From assembly GCA_017453125.1 (NCBI GenBank), contig JAFTKS010000002.1, positions 20,833-84,832 of the forward strand: 64,000 bases of DNA, read 5' to 3'. The notes beneath the pieces were generated by a model. It saw only the letters and a program-made list of their open reading frames with translations, ran no database searches and had not been told where the DNA came from. Positions within the stretch are counted from its first letter, which is position 1; each line of letters opens with the position of its first letter. The translations under genes were made by a program, and so were the position numbers. This stretch comes from Clostridia bacterium. Lineage in GTDB: Bacteria; Bacillota; Clostridia; Christensenellales; UBA1242. Shown one piece after another: positions 20,513-30,497 of this stretch.

Positions 20513-21319
20513 TCAATTGGTGTGTTGTTTTTGCCAATTAGTATATTCTTTTGAAAAATCTTCAAAGTATTTTTTTGTAGATGTTTTTTGAAACTTGTCA
20601 AACAGATATGCAAATTCTCTTTGGGTGTTATTGGTTATTGCATTTTGGTGTGTGTTAAATTTTTCTTGATTGGTTTTTAGCAAAGATTGTTTTTTTGAAA
20701 GTTCTGTTTCGGTTGGTGTGAATGGATTTTCTTTGTGTGTTTCTGCAACTATATCTATAAGACTTACTTCACTCATTTTTTTTAGAGTATTGAATTCAAG
20801 ATTTTGTGTTTCAGCTAAAGTATATATTAGTTTTAATTTGTTTGAACAAGATACTTTTTCTTTTTTCTTTTTGTCGAATAGGGTTCTGTCTTCGTATGAT
20901 TCGGTAACCGCGGACATTATTTCATTGTCTTTGAAAAAATCATAAACTTTTTGTGTAACGTGTACGTCTAGTGCTTGCGTTAGTCCGTCAAGTACTGTAA
21001 TGTTTGTTGCGTTGTTAACGCCGTTGACATCTATAAATCCGGTTCTTGCACATTCCATCAAGTAATCGGTTGTTGCATCTTCAATATCCATTCCTACAAG
21101 ATTCATATCGGATAGAACAATTCTTGCATCATCATTAAGAGGTGCTACAGATACGACTTTGAATTTTTTGTCTAGCAAAAATTCTACACGTGGATTGACT
21201 TCGAGTTGTACATAATTATAATCTTGAGCAGTAATCCCCGAAAAGATGATTGTTGCTACAGCACTTGCAAGGATAATTCCTAAGAATATTAAACATATAA
21301 TGGTATTTCTTTTTTCCAT
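20513..21319 (-). CDS. membrane-anchored hypothetical protein
   Basis: N-terminal TM helix. The juxtamembrane block VQLEVNPRVEFLLDKKFKVVSVAPLNDDARIVL...GFID resembles, by eye, the extracytoplasmic module of RsgI-type anti-sigma factors. Confidence 0.55.
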   Translation of the reverse strand: MEKRNTIICLIFLGIILASAVATIIFSGITAQDYNYVQLEVNPRVEFLLDKKFKVVSVAPLNDDARIVLSDMNLVGMDIEDATTDYLMECARTGFIDVNGVNNATNITVLDGLTQALDVHVTQKVYDFFKDNEIMSAVTESYEDRTLFDKKKKEKVSCSNKLKLIYTLAETQNLEFNTLKKMSEVSLIDIVAETHKENPFTPTETELSKKQSLLKTNQEKFNTHQNAITNNTQREFAYLFDKFQKTSTKKYFEDFSKEYTNWQKQHTN

Positions 21320-21372
21320 AAATAGTCCTTATATTTGTAGATAGTTTATTATCTTACTTTTCAAAAAAAATA

Positions 21373-21394
21373 TTCTAGAGAAATACTCTAGAAT
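21373..21394 (-). terminator. terminator hairpin overlapping stop of the 113-aa gene
   Basis: TTCTAGAG / CTCTAGAA stem, with a T-run on the minus strand. Confidence 0.6.
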
Positions 21395-21729
21395 TGAATT
21401 TTGCTATAAGTTGTTTTTATTGTTTCAATACTTCTAAAAATATCACTGATTGAGAAACTTGTTTGCTTTGGAAAAATTTTATGTTTACAATCGTTCAATT
21501 GTTGTTTCAACAAAAGAAAACTGTTGTCAATCATTTTTAGTTCTTTGAATGCGTTCTCGTACTTGCTTTTTAAGTCTAATGTTTGGTCGCAGATTGCTTG
21601 TATATTTTCAACTTCTGTTTTTGAGTAATTTGTTGGGGCTGTAAGAAGATGTTTGCAATAATATAATATTCGATATATTGCAATGTAGTTGTCTATTAAA
21701 TTAAGTTTTAATTTTCCGTTTGCTTTCAT
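21388..21729 (-). CDS. hypothetical protein
   Basis: 113-aa ORF, predicted helical, no recognisable motif. Confidence 0.45.
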   Translation of the reverse strand: MKANGKLKLNLIDNYIAIYRILYYCKHLLTAPTNYSKTEVENIQAICDQTLDLKSKYENAFKELKMIDNSFLLLKQQLNDCKHKIFPKQTSFSISDIFRSIETIKTTYSKIQF

Positions 21730-21862
21730 TTTGTTAGACCTTTTATATTATTAGTTATATGCAAAAATTGACAAATTATGCCAAAAAATTTCTTTTTAAA
21801 TTATTGACAGATTAAGTGTTTTACAAACCAAAACTTGGAATTTTATTAAAGGTTTCTATTGC

Positions 21863-21892
21863 TTGACCGAGGTTGGCAATATATAGTATAAT
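21863..21892 (+). promoter_or_regulatory. sigma-70-type promoter of glycan locus
   Basis: TTGACC - 18 nt - TATAAT. Confidence 0.55.
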
Positions 21893-21980
21893 TAATAATG
21901 TAAATTTTAAATTGTAATTCAAACAAAGCATTGAGGAGTTATGTATATTGCTTTGCCAATGAGGAAAAGGAAGAGGAGTT

Positions 21981-22769
21981 ATGAATAATAGAAAAAGAAG
22001 TTTTTATGAAGTGGTGATAAAAAGATTTTTTGACTTTTTTATTGCGTTAGTTGCAATACTAGTTTTATCGCCAATTTTTTTAATTGTGTATTTGTTGTCG
22101 TTGCTATTCTTAGGTGGTAATCCTATATTTAAGCAATATAGACCGGGACGAAATGGTAAGGTCTTTCCGTTGTATAAATTTAGGTCTATGACGAACAAAA
22201 AAGATGCAGAAGGGAATTTGTTGCCCGATGCAGAAAGATTGCATTGGTGGGGAAAAATCCTAAGAAAAACTAGCCTTGATGAATTGCCACAGCTCTTTAA
22301 TATTCTACGTGGGGATATGAGTATAGTTGGGCCAAGACCAAGACTTATTAAAGATATGGTGTTTTATCCTGAGTATGTTATGTCGGCGTATTCTGTTCGA
22401 CCAGGGCTTACAGGACCTGCACAAGTTTATGATAGAAAGAGCGAACTTAGTTGGGAAAGTGTGTTTCAAAGAGATATTGAATATGCCAACAAGGTTACTT
22501 TTTGGAACGATTTGAAATTGTTTATAGGTACATTTACTGCGGTTTTGAAAGGTGGTTCTGCAGGTGGTTCTGCAGATGCGGAGAAAAATAATAAAAGGGA
22601 ATATTATTATCCAGATCAATTATTGAAAGATAAGAAGATTACAAAATCTCAATATACACGTGGTTTGGAACTTGCGAAAGAAGTTTCAGCGAAAAAAAGA
22701 AAAGGTCGTATAGAATACCAAGCAGACCTTCAAGCAAAAGAAGAGGACAAAGAAAATGATAACAAATAA
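21981..22769 (+). CDS. undecaprenyl-phosphate sugar phosphotransferase (small monotopic PGT)
   Basis: Bacterial sugar-transferase motifs: DELPQLFNILRGDMSIVGPRP and PGLTGPAQV. Lys/Glu-rich C-terminal tail. Confidence 0.9.
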   Translation: MNNRKRSFYEVVIKRFFDFFIALVAILVLSPIFLIVYLLSLLFLGGNPIFKQYRPGRNGKVFPLYKFRSMTNKKDAEGNLLPDAERLHWWGKILRKTSLDELPQLFNILRGDMSIVGPRPRLIKDMVFYPEYVMSAYSVRPGLTGPAQVYDRKSELSWESVFQRDIEYANKVTFWNDLKLFIGTFTAVLKGGSAGGSADAEKNNKREYYYPDQLLKDKKITKSQYTRGLELAKEVSAKKRKGRIEYQADLQAKEEDKENDNK

Positions 22770-23877
22770 GAAAATAATGATGATTGCCACTACAGATAAT
22801 ATGATATGGCAGTTTATGATTCCACATATTAAACACCTTCAGGCTCTTGGTAATGAGGTAGAGTGTGTTTGTGCAAAAACTGGTTTTTGGTTCGATGAAT
22901 TAAAAGAAAAACACAATCTTGTTGTTAATGAGATGGATTTTGCTAGAAACCCAATTACTCCAAAAAATCTAAAGAGTTATAAATTACTTGTAAAATTACA
23001 GAAAGAGAAAAATTTTGATCTTGTATATTGTCAACAGCCAGTAGGTGGACTAATGGGCAGATTGATTGCAAAGAAATTCAAAATTCCTTGTATATATACT
23101 GCACATGGATTTCACTTTTTCAAAGGTTGTCCATTGAAAAATAAATTAATATACAAAACTGTTGAAAAGTGGTTGTCTAGATACACCGATGCTTTGATTA
23201 CAATCAACGAAGAAGATTATCAGAATGCATTGAAGATGAAAGCAAAAAAGGTATATAAAATCAATGGCATTGGTATTGATGAAGAAAAAGTTAAGAAAGA
23301 GAAGTTTAACAAAGAAGAATTTAGAAAACAGTTAGGTCTCTCGACACAGGACAAAGTTGTTTTGACTGTAAGTGAAATTAATGAAAATAAGAATTATATT
23401 GCTATGCTTCAAGCAATGAAAATTCTTGTAGAAAAGGATCAGAATATAAAATTTGTTTCTTGCGGAACAGGTGTTTGGGACGAAAAAATTAAAAATTACG
23501 CTAAAGAATTGGGTATTGATAAAAATTGTATCTTCTTAGGATACCAAAAAGAAATTGGCAAAATTATGCAAGTGTCGAATATTTTCTTGCATGCGTCTTT
23601 TAGAGAAGGTTTGACTCTGTCTGTATTGGAAGCGATGAGTTTAGGTCTCCCTTGTGTTGTGAGCAATGTTAGAGGAAATAGAGATTTGGTGGACAATGAA
23701 AAAGGTGGGTTTGTAGTAGAACCAACTGATTTTGCTATGTTTGCTGAGAAAATATATACTATTTTAAATGATGAGAAATTGACTCAAGAATTCAAAAAAT
23801 ATAATCAAGAAAAAAGCAAATCTTATATGGTAAGTAATGTAAAATCGCAATTGGAAGAAATTTATAAAACATTTTAG
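22756..23877 (+). CDS. GT4-family (GT-B) glycosyltransferase
   Basis: C-terminal EGLTLSVLEAMSLGLPCVVSNVRG motif (E-x7-E type). Confidence 0.85.
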   Translation: MITNKKIMMIATTDNMIWQFMIPHIKHLQALGNEVECVCAKTGFWFDELKEKHNLVVNEMDFARNPITPKNLKSYKLLVKLQKEKNFDLVYCQQPVGGLMGRLIAKKFKIPCIYTAHGFHFFKGCPLKNKLIYKTVEKWLSRYTDALITINEEDYQNALKMKAKKVYKINGIGIDEEKVKKEKFNKEEFRKQLGLSTQDKVVLTVSEINENKNYIAMLQAMKILVEKDQNIKFVSCGTGVWDEKIKNYAKELGIDKNCIFLGYQKEIGKIMQVSNIFLHASFREGLTLSVLEAMSLGLPCVVSNVRGNRDLVDNEKGGFVVEPTDFAMFAEKIYTILNDEKLTQEFKKYNQEKSKSYMVSNVKSQLEEIYKTF

Positions 23878-23885
23878 GAGAAAAT

Positions 23886-24848
23886 ATGTCACAAGAAAAA
23901 GACTTATTGGTCTCGATTATTATTCCTGTATACAAAGTGGAAGAATATCTTGATAGATGCTTAGAGAGTGTTGTTGGTCAGACGTATAAGAATCTAGAAA
24001 TTATTCTTGTTGATGATGGGAGCCCTGATAATTGTCCAAAGATGTGTGATGCTTGGGCAAAGAAAGACAAAAGAATAAAAGTAATCCATAAAGAAAACGG
24101 TGGAGTCTCTTCGGCAAGAAATGAGGGTATTAAAAATGCAACTGGTGATTATTTAACTTTTGTAGATAGTGATGATTTTTTAAGTCCAGCGTTTAGCGAG
24201 TGTATTCAGGGTATTAGTAATGAAAAATATTTATGTTTTGCATATAATTTAGTTGATTTGGATTCAACCACACAAATTACCCCATTTTCATCTATGCGAG
24301 AAAAAGTATTAACGGATTTAAATAAAATCAAAGTTTCTTCTGGTGTTTTTAATTCGGTTTGGAATAAGTTTTACTTAAGACGAATAATTGAAAAAAATAA
24401 TCTGAAATTTGATACATCATTAGTTATTGCTGAAGATTTGAAATTTAATTTTGATTTTTATATGTGTGTCCAGGAATTAACATTGGTAAATGTTGCTTAT
24501 TATAATTATTTTCAAAATTCAACTTCTGTGATGAAAAATATAAATTATGATAAAATCAAAAATACATTACAGGTTTGTGAATATTTAATTTCAAAAATTT
24601 CATTACTTCAACAGAAAGAAAAGTCTTTATTTTTACGCAAATTAATTAGTCAAAATCTATTATCGGTTCTTTATCGAGCAAATGCATATTCTCGTGAGCA
24701 AAATAAATATTTGCAAACAAGATTGAAACAATATAAAAAATATTTTTGTTATGGCGATAATTTTGCGAAAAAATTAGTTATTTTATTTATTAAGATTTTT
24801 GGTGTAAAATTTACAGCTAAGGTTTTGGGTTTGTTTAAACAAAAATAA
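23886..24848 (+). CDS. GT2-family glycosyltransferase
   Basis: SIIIPVYKVEEYL...DDGSPD...DSDD GT-A motifs. Confidence 0.9.
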   Translation: MSQEKDLLVSIIIPVYKVEEYLDRCLESVVGQTYKNLEIILVDDGSPDNCPKMCDAWAKKDKRIKVIHKENGGVSSARNEGIKNATGDYLTFVDSDDFLSPAFSECIQGISNEKYLCFAYNLVDLDSTTQITPFSSMREKVLTDLNKIKVSSGVFNSVWNKFYLRRIIEKNNLKFDTSLVIAEDLKFNFDFYMCVQELTLVNVAYYNYFQNSTSVMKNINYDKIKNTLQVCEYLISKISLLQQKEKSLFLRKLISQNLLSVLYRANAYSREQNKYLQTRLKQYKKYFCYGDNFAKKLVILFIKIFGVKFTAKVLGLFKQK

Positions 24849-24898
24849 ATTCAAATAAGAAGCGGTTTTAAATATGTTGAAATATTTTATTTAAAAGG

Positions 24899-25867
24899 AT
24901 GAGTATGGCAAAAGATGTGTTAATAACAATGGTAATACCGGTTTATAAAGTTGAAGAATATTTAGACAAATGTATGTCTAGTGTTGTAAATCAATCTTAT
25001 AAAAATTTGGAAATTATATTGATTGATGATGGGGGACAAGATAATTGTCCAAAGATGTGTGATGCTTGGGCAAAGAAAGATAAAAGAGTTAAGGTTATTC
25101 ATAAGGAAAATGGTGGACTTAGTGATGCTAGAAATGCGGGAATTAAGTGTGCAAAAGGCAAATACATTTGTTTTGTAGATAGTGATGATTTTCTTCATAA
25201 AGATTATGTAAAACTACACTATGAAAATATTACCAAATATGACGCAGATATAACTATATGTAAGTATAAAGATTTTAGAGATGAGTCTTTGATTGTGGAT
25301 GAAGAAATTAATTCTGTTGATTCGGTTGTGTTTGATAAGAATGAGTTAATATCTGAAATGTTCCAGCGTGGTAGGGTGAATTTTATAACCGCTTGGTCAA
25401 AAATGTATAAGAAAGAAATTTTTGATAATCTCGAATTTATGAAAGGAAGAATTCACGAAGATGAATTCATTGTTCATAGAGTGTTTAGCTTATGCGATAA
25501 AGCGGTTTTTGTTCCAGAAGTGCTATATTATTATAGACAAAGAGAAGGAAGTATTGTTACTAATAAAAATTTTACAGAAAGAAATTTAGATTCTTTCTAT
25601 GCTATTGAAGATAGGTACAATTTCTTTGTAAATACCCAGTTTGAAGAATTGGCATATCAATGTGTTCTTAATACAATAATTTATTGTTATTGCAAGGCTA
25701 AATACATGTCTGCCGATAAGAAATTTTTAAAGTTTTATTTAGAACAATATAAAAAATATTACAAGATGAAAAAGAAAAAAACTAAAAGACAAATAGTATT
25801 TAAAGCTTTGCCTAATTTGATGGCAATTGCATTTAAAATTAAGCAAAAGAAAAGAACAGTAAAATAA
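24899..25867 (+). CDS. GT2-family glycosyltransferase
   Basis: Same GT-A motifs, paralogous to 23886..24848. The start may be the ATG at 24905. Confidence 0.9.
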   Translation: MSMAKDVLITMVIPVYKVEEYLDKCMSSVVNQSYKNLEIILIDDGGQDNCPKMCDAWAKKDKRVKVIHKENGGLSDARNAGIKCAKGKYICFVDSDDFLHKDYVKLHYENITKYDADITICKYKDFRDESLIVDEEINSVDSVVFDKNELISEMFQRGRVNFITAWSKMYKKEIFDNLEFMKGRIHEDEFIVHRVFSLCDKAVFVPEVLYYYRQREGSIVTNKNFTERNLDSFYAIEDRYNFFVNTQFEELAYQCVLNTIIYCYCKAKYMSADKKFLKFYLEQYKKYYKMKKKKTKRQIVFKALPNLMAIAFKIKQKKRTVK

Positions 25868-25902
25868 AAAATGTAGATAAAGAAAACATCAGTGAAATTA
25901 TT

Positions 25903-27369
25903 TCACTGATGTTTTCTTCTCTTAAATTTAAATTTTTGTAATACATTGGAAAGAATTGACATTGCGAATTTTTCTCGAAGTAATAAAATGCATATACAAT
26001 AAATAATTATTGCCAGAACAACTATTATCAAAGTATTCGTAATGCTTGATGATAATATCGTTGTTAATGGATAAATTGAAGCAAACATAATTGCACCAGC
26101 TATTAAGGGTTTTATGCTGGTTTTAAATATTTCTTTTGCAGAGAGGTCTTTTCTGAGAAATATTAACATTGAAATAGTTGCTGCAGCTTCGGCTATAATT
26201 GTTGCAATAGTAGCTCCTAGAGATTTCCAAAAATAGATAAGGAATATATTTAATATTAAGTTTGATATAGCACCTATTGTAAAAGATATTGTGTATAATT
26301 TGTCTTTTTGATAAGGTATCATATACTGAAGTCCAAGAATGTTACTAAGACCAATTATTAATATTAGTGGAGCAAAAATCTTTATAAGTAATGCTGAATG
26401 TAAAAATGAACTGCCTAGAAACCAAGGAATTGCGATGTCAGCAATAAGGATTAGACCTAATGTCATAGGGATTCCTAGAATCCAAATAAAATTACACGCT
26501 TTATAAATATTAAGTTTAACTTGTTTGTGGTTGTTATTTGTTATTTCTTGTGTGTTTCTTGGAATCATTACAAGACCAAGGCAAGTAATAATTGTTGTAC
26601 AAAGCTTTACTATTTTTTCTGCTTGTTCGTAATATCCGTTTTCTGCATCGGAATTGGTTATAAGTCCAATTAGGGTTTTGTCAAGTATTAGAAATACGCT
26701 AGTTGCTATTGTTGGAAGAAATAATGCAAATGATTTCTTTAGGTGTGGCGTTGGGGATAATTCTTTTATGTTGATTTTTTGTATTTCTGGCTTAATATCA
26801 GTCCAGAGAAGAACACTATTAGAAATCAGCATTAAAGAGTGTATTAATGCATAAATCCACAAGTCTTCGGGATTCTTTACAAAAATAAAAATACAAAGAG
26901 TTCCTACAATCTTAACAATTACATTTTTAAGGGCGATTTTACCAAACTCTTCGTTTCCTTGAAAGAAAAAAGAAATATCTAGTGCGACCGATAAAATATT
27001 TAGAGAGAAAATAAGCATTATGTTAGAGTTTTCTCCAAATACTCCGATTAGAAGAAGTGTTCCAAAAACAAGTAAGCTTATGCTAGTTGTGAAAATTTTA
27101 CAAATAAATATTTCCCAGAATATTTTGGTTTGCTGGTGCTTGTCGTCTTGGAACTTTGCAATTTCTCTTTGTGCATATATGTTAAATCCGAATGTTGCAA
27201 ATATAGTAAAGTATGAAATAATTGATGAACAAAAACTACATTTCCCAATACCGTCTGCAAGAAGTGCTCGAGAACTAAAAGGAGTGACAATTACAGGCAC
27301 TATAATTAGCGTGATTTGATATATTAAATTGTAAATATAATTCTTTTTTATGCTATGTTTCTTTGACAT
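25903..27369 (-). CDS. Wzx-type oligosaccharide flippase (MOP superfamily)
   Basis: 488 aa with roughly 12-14 TM segments. N-terminal KNYIYNLIYQI... is typical of polysaccharide biosynthesis flippases. Confidence 0.8.
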   Translation of the reverse strand: MSKKHSIKKNYIYNLIYQITLIIVPVIVTPFSSRALLADGIGKCSFCSSIISYFTIFATFGFNIYAQREIAKFQDDKHQQTKIFWEIFICKIFTTSISLLVFGTLLLIGVFGENSNIMLIFSLNILSVALDISFFFQGNEEFGKIALKNVIVKIVGTLCIFIFVKNPEDLWIYALIHSLMLISNSVLLWTDIKPEIQKINIKELSPTPHLKKSFALFLPTIATSVFLILDKTLIGLITNSDAENGYYEQAEKIVKLCTTIITCLGLVMIPRNTQEITNNNHKQVKLNIYKACNFIWILGIPMTLGLILIADIAIPWFLGSSFLHSALLIKIFAPLILIIGLSNILGLQYMIPYQKDKLYTISFTIGAISNLILNIFLIYFWKSLGATIATIIAEAAATISMLIFLRKDLSAKEIFKTSIKPLIAGAIMFASIYPLTTILSSSITNTLIIVVLAIIIYCICILLLREKFAMSILSNVLQKFKFKRRKHQ

Positions 27370-27642
27370 TGATTTTCCTTGGTTTTGAGAATGATTTTAT
27401 ATAAACAACATTTTTTCTAATATGCTACTTATTTTAACAAAATTAGCAAGTTATTGCAAATATAAATGGATATGAAGGAAAATTTTTTTGAAAGTTTGTT
27501 GATTTGTATTCCTCTTTTCGTGGATTTTGTGTAGTAATGTTATAAAATTTGCAAAATGTTTTAAAATAGTGTATAATATATTTGCAAGATTTTCATTGTG
27601 GGGAAACATTCTTGTAATACACAATAAAAAAAGGGCAAAATT

Positions 27643-28638
27643 ATGGAAAAAATTTCGGTCATAGTGCCGATCTATAAAGTTGAGGAATTCTTGGATAGAT
27701 GTCTTGAGAGTTTGACTCAACAAACTTACAAAAATTTAGAAATTATACTTGTTAATGATGGCTCGCCAGATAATAGTGGGGCGTTATGTGATGAGTGGGC
27801 AAAAAAAGATAAAAGAATTGTTGTAGTTCATAAAGAAAATGGTGGTGTTAGTGCTGCTAGAAATTATGGATTAGAGATTGCTACTGGAAAATATATTGGC
27901 TTTGTAGATCCAGATGATTTCTTGGATACAACAATGTATGAAAAATTGTTAAATGCTTTGATTAATAACAAAGCAGATATTTCGATGTGTGCGTATAGCA
28001 AATACGAAGACGATGGTAAGAAGATTACACCTGTAGAGGAATATAATCTAAGAACGGCGACTGCAGAGACTCTGCCAAAATATCTTGTTACAACAGACTC
28101 TTCTCAAGATCTTGGTGATAAGGTAATTACGGGTAACGTAATGGGAAGTATTTGGCGTGCATTATTTACTAAAAAGATTATTGGTAATACCAAATTTAGA
28201 GATTTGGGATTCTGTGAAGATATGGCATTTTATATGGATGTCATAAAGAATAATCCCAAAATTACTTTTGTTGACGAATACTTATATTATTATTTGATAA
28301 GAAACGATAGTGCTGTTCGTTCTAGAACGATTGATGCATTGAAAAAAAGAGAAGACTTTGTAAGTATACTCGACGATCTTTATGATGGAAGAATATCTGA
28401 TGAAGATTTTAGTATGTACAAATTTTATTGCTATAGATGTAATTTTATATTTGCATCAGTTAGTAAAGATAAAAATGTGAGAAAATATTTCTTAAATAAT
28501 GAAAATTTTCAGAAATTAAATACAAAGAAAAATTATAAAATAAGACAAAAAAATACTACCAATAAAAAAATAAGATTCAAAAATTTCTTGACTCACCACA
28601 ATATGTTTAAACTTTATAATTTGTGGTTTGGGAAATAA
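27643..28638 (+). CDS. GT2-family glycosyltransferase
   Basis: ISVIVPIYKVEEFL...NDGSPD...DPDD GT-A motifs. Confidence 0.9.
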   Translation: MEKISVIVPIYKVEEFLDRCLESLTQQTYKNLEIILVNDGSPDNSGALCDEWAKKDKRIVVVHKENGGVSAARNYGLEIATGKYIGFVDPDDFLDTTMYEKLLNALINNKADISMCAYSKYEDDGKKITPVEEYNLRTATAETLPKYLVTTDSSQDLGDKVITGNVMGSIWRALFTKKIIGNTKFRDLGFCEDMAFYMDVIKNNPKITFVDEYLYYYLIRNDSAVRSRTIDALKKREDFVSILDDLYDGRISDEDFSMYKFYCYRCNFIFASVSKDKNVRKYFLNNENFQKLNTKKNYKIRQKNTTNKKIRFKNFLTHHNMFKLYNLWFGK

Positions 28639-28652
28639 TTGGTGGAGGAAAT

Positions 28653-29486
28653 ATGGAAGGAATTGTTTCAAACAAGCTGAAAGTTATGAACACAAGCGAT
28701 ACTCTAGATTATATCTTGGAACATAATTGTTCGATTGCTAGATATGGAGATGGGGAACTCACTATTATTGATGGGGGATATTTGCATTTTCAAAGTTCAA
28801 ATCCTGAACTAGGAGAAAGATTAAAAAATGTTAAAACAACAGAAAACTGTCTTGTATGTATCCCTGATGCTTTTGGAGGCAATCTTGATAGAGAAGTTCT
28901 AACCAAACTTGAAGTGGATTTTTGGGAAGATAATGTTTCAAAAAACAAAGAAAAATGGGAAAATTTGTTTTCTGAATGCTCGGTATTGGGTGACGCGTTC
29001 ATATCTAGGTTTTATTTAAGATATCTCGATAGAGATGTTGCAACACAAAATTTAAATAAATTACGTCAACTTTGGGACGGTAGAGATATTGTTTTTGTTG
29101 AGGGTAAGAATTCTAGACTAGGAATGGGTAATGATTTGTTTTTTAATGCAAAGTCTATAAGAAGAATTTTATGTCCATTAAAAGATGCTTTTGATAGATA
29201 TGAAGATATAAAGGCGTCCATTCTTAAAAATTGCAAAAAGGGCGACCTTATTATTGTTGCACTTGGTCCAACAGCTACAGTTCTTGCTCACGATTTGAGT
29301 GATTCTGGGTTGCAATTACTTGATCTTGGGCATATTGATATTGAGTATGAATGGTATTTGTCGGGAACAAAGAAAAAAACTCCTGTCAAAAATAAATTTG
29401 TCAACGAGGCAAGAACAGCAGATGACTGCGAAGATGGTGATGTTGACGAGAAATACTTATCAGAAATTATTGATAGAGTTTATTAA
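28653..29486 (+). CDS. GT-D type glycosyltransferase (DUF1792-like)
   Basis: ATG after GGTGGAGG. The N-terminal TLDYILEHNCSIARYGDGE motif matches what I recall for the DUF1792/GT-D fold. Confidence 0.55.
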   Translation: MEGIVSNKLKVMNTSDTLDYILEHNCSIARYGDGELTIIDGGYLHFQSSNPELGERLKNVKTTENCLVCIPDAFGGNLDREVLTKLEVDFWEDNVSKNKEKWENLFSECSVLGDAFISRFYLRYLDRDVATQNLNKLRQLWDGRDIVFVEGKNSRLGMGNDLFFNAKSIRRILCPLKDAFDRYEDIKASILKNCKKGDLIIVALGPTATVLAHDLSDSGLQLLDLGHIDIEYEWYLSGTKKKTPVKNKFVNEARTADDCEDGDVDEKYLSEIIDRVY

Positions 29487-29491
29487 AAATG

Positions 29492-29537
29492 AACAATCAG
29501 ATAATGAGTTAAACTTGTTATTTGATTGTTTTTTTCT
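29492..29537 (+). terminator. terminator-like hairpin
   Basis: AACAATCA / TGATTGTT stem with a long loop, then a T7 run. Confidence 0.5.
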
Positions 29538-29566
29538 GCTTTGATGGGTTAGTTGAGGGATTATTC

Positions 29567-29595
29567 TTGACATTGAGTATATTTGTTGATAAACT
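29567..29595 (+). promoter_or_regulatory. promoter of uppS
   Basis: TTGACA - 17 nt - TAAACT. Confidence 0.5.
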
Positions 29596-29671
29596 ATTTA
29601 AGTTGAAAAGCATAAAATTATAATATATATTTGTTTTTTATGTTACAAGGAGTCGATTAAGGGGTTATTTA

Positions 29672-30373
29672 ATGGAAAAGGATTTGAAAAAATTGCCTAA
29701 GCATATTGCGTTTATAATAGATGGCAATGGTAGATGGGCAAAAAAACGAGGACTTTCTAGGTCTATGGGACATAAAGCAGGCTTTAATAGGCTTGAAAAA
29801 ACCATTAAGGAATGTTTCTATGGATATGGAATACCTATTGTGAGTATATATGCATTCTCGACGGAAAATTGGAATAGACCACAAGATGAAGTAGATTATT
29901 TGGTTGAAATCTTCAGAAAATATGTTGGAAATTCATTTGCTAAGAAGTATCCTGAAGTAAGATTAAATATTATGGGAGACTATACGAAGTTTCCTCAAGA
30001 TGTTGCTGAGAGTGCAAGAAAAACAATGGAGCAAACAAAAGATAATACCAAGTTTATTTTGAATTTGGGAATTAACTATAGTGGTCAGGATGAACTTGTG
30101 TATGCTGTAAATAATATTTTGGCTGAAGGGATTCAAAATGTAGATAGACAAACTATCGAAGATCACTTATATACCAAAGGTCAGCCTCCAGTTGATTTCT
30201 GCGTAAGAACGAGTGGTGAATATAGGATAAGCAACTTTATGCTCTGGCAACTTGCTTATGCGGAGTTTTATTTTCCAAAAGTTTGTTGGCCGGGATATAC
30301 TAGTAAACACCTTTATGCGTCTCTTCTTGAATTCCAGAATAGGGATAGAAGATTTGGTGCAATAAAAGAATAG
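29672..30373 (+). CDS. uppS: undecaprenyl diphosphate synthase
   Basis: HIAFIIDGNGRWAKKRG, FSTENWNRP and RTSGEYRISNFMLWQ motifs. Confidence 0.95.
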   Translation: MEKDLKKLPKHIAFIIDGNGRWAKKRGLSRSMGHKAGFNRLEKTIKECFYGYGIPIVSIYAFSTENWNRPQDEVDYLVEIFRKYVGNSFAKKYPEVRLNIMGDYTKFPQDVAESARKTMEQTKDNTKFILNLGINYSGQDELVYAVNNILAEGIQNVDRQTIEDHLYTKGQPPVDFCVRTSGEYRISNFMLWQLAYAEFYFPKVCWPGYTSKHLYASLLEFQNRDRRFGAIKE

Positions 30374-30497
30374 TAAAAATATATAAAACGACACAAAAAA
30401 TAAAAACTGTGTCGTTTTAATATTTGTTGATTTGATTATTGATGTAGGTGCTCTTGATAGATTATAAAAACAAAAGCATTATTTAGAGTAGGGTTAT

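Noticed and set aside
21941-21988. 15-codon upstream ORF (MYIALPMRKRKRSYE) overlapping the start of the phosphoglycosyl transferase gene.
   Set aside because: The GAGGAG lies only 2 nt from its ATG, which is too close for initiation. The arrangement is more simply the leader and RBS region of the transferase gene.
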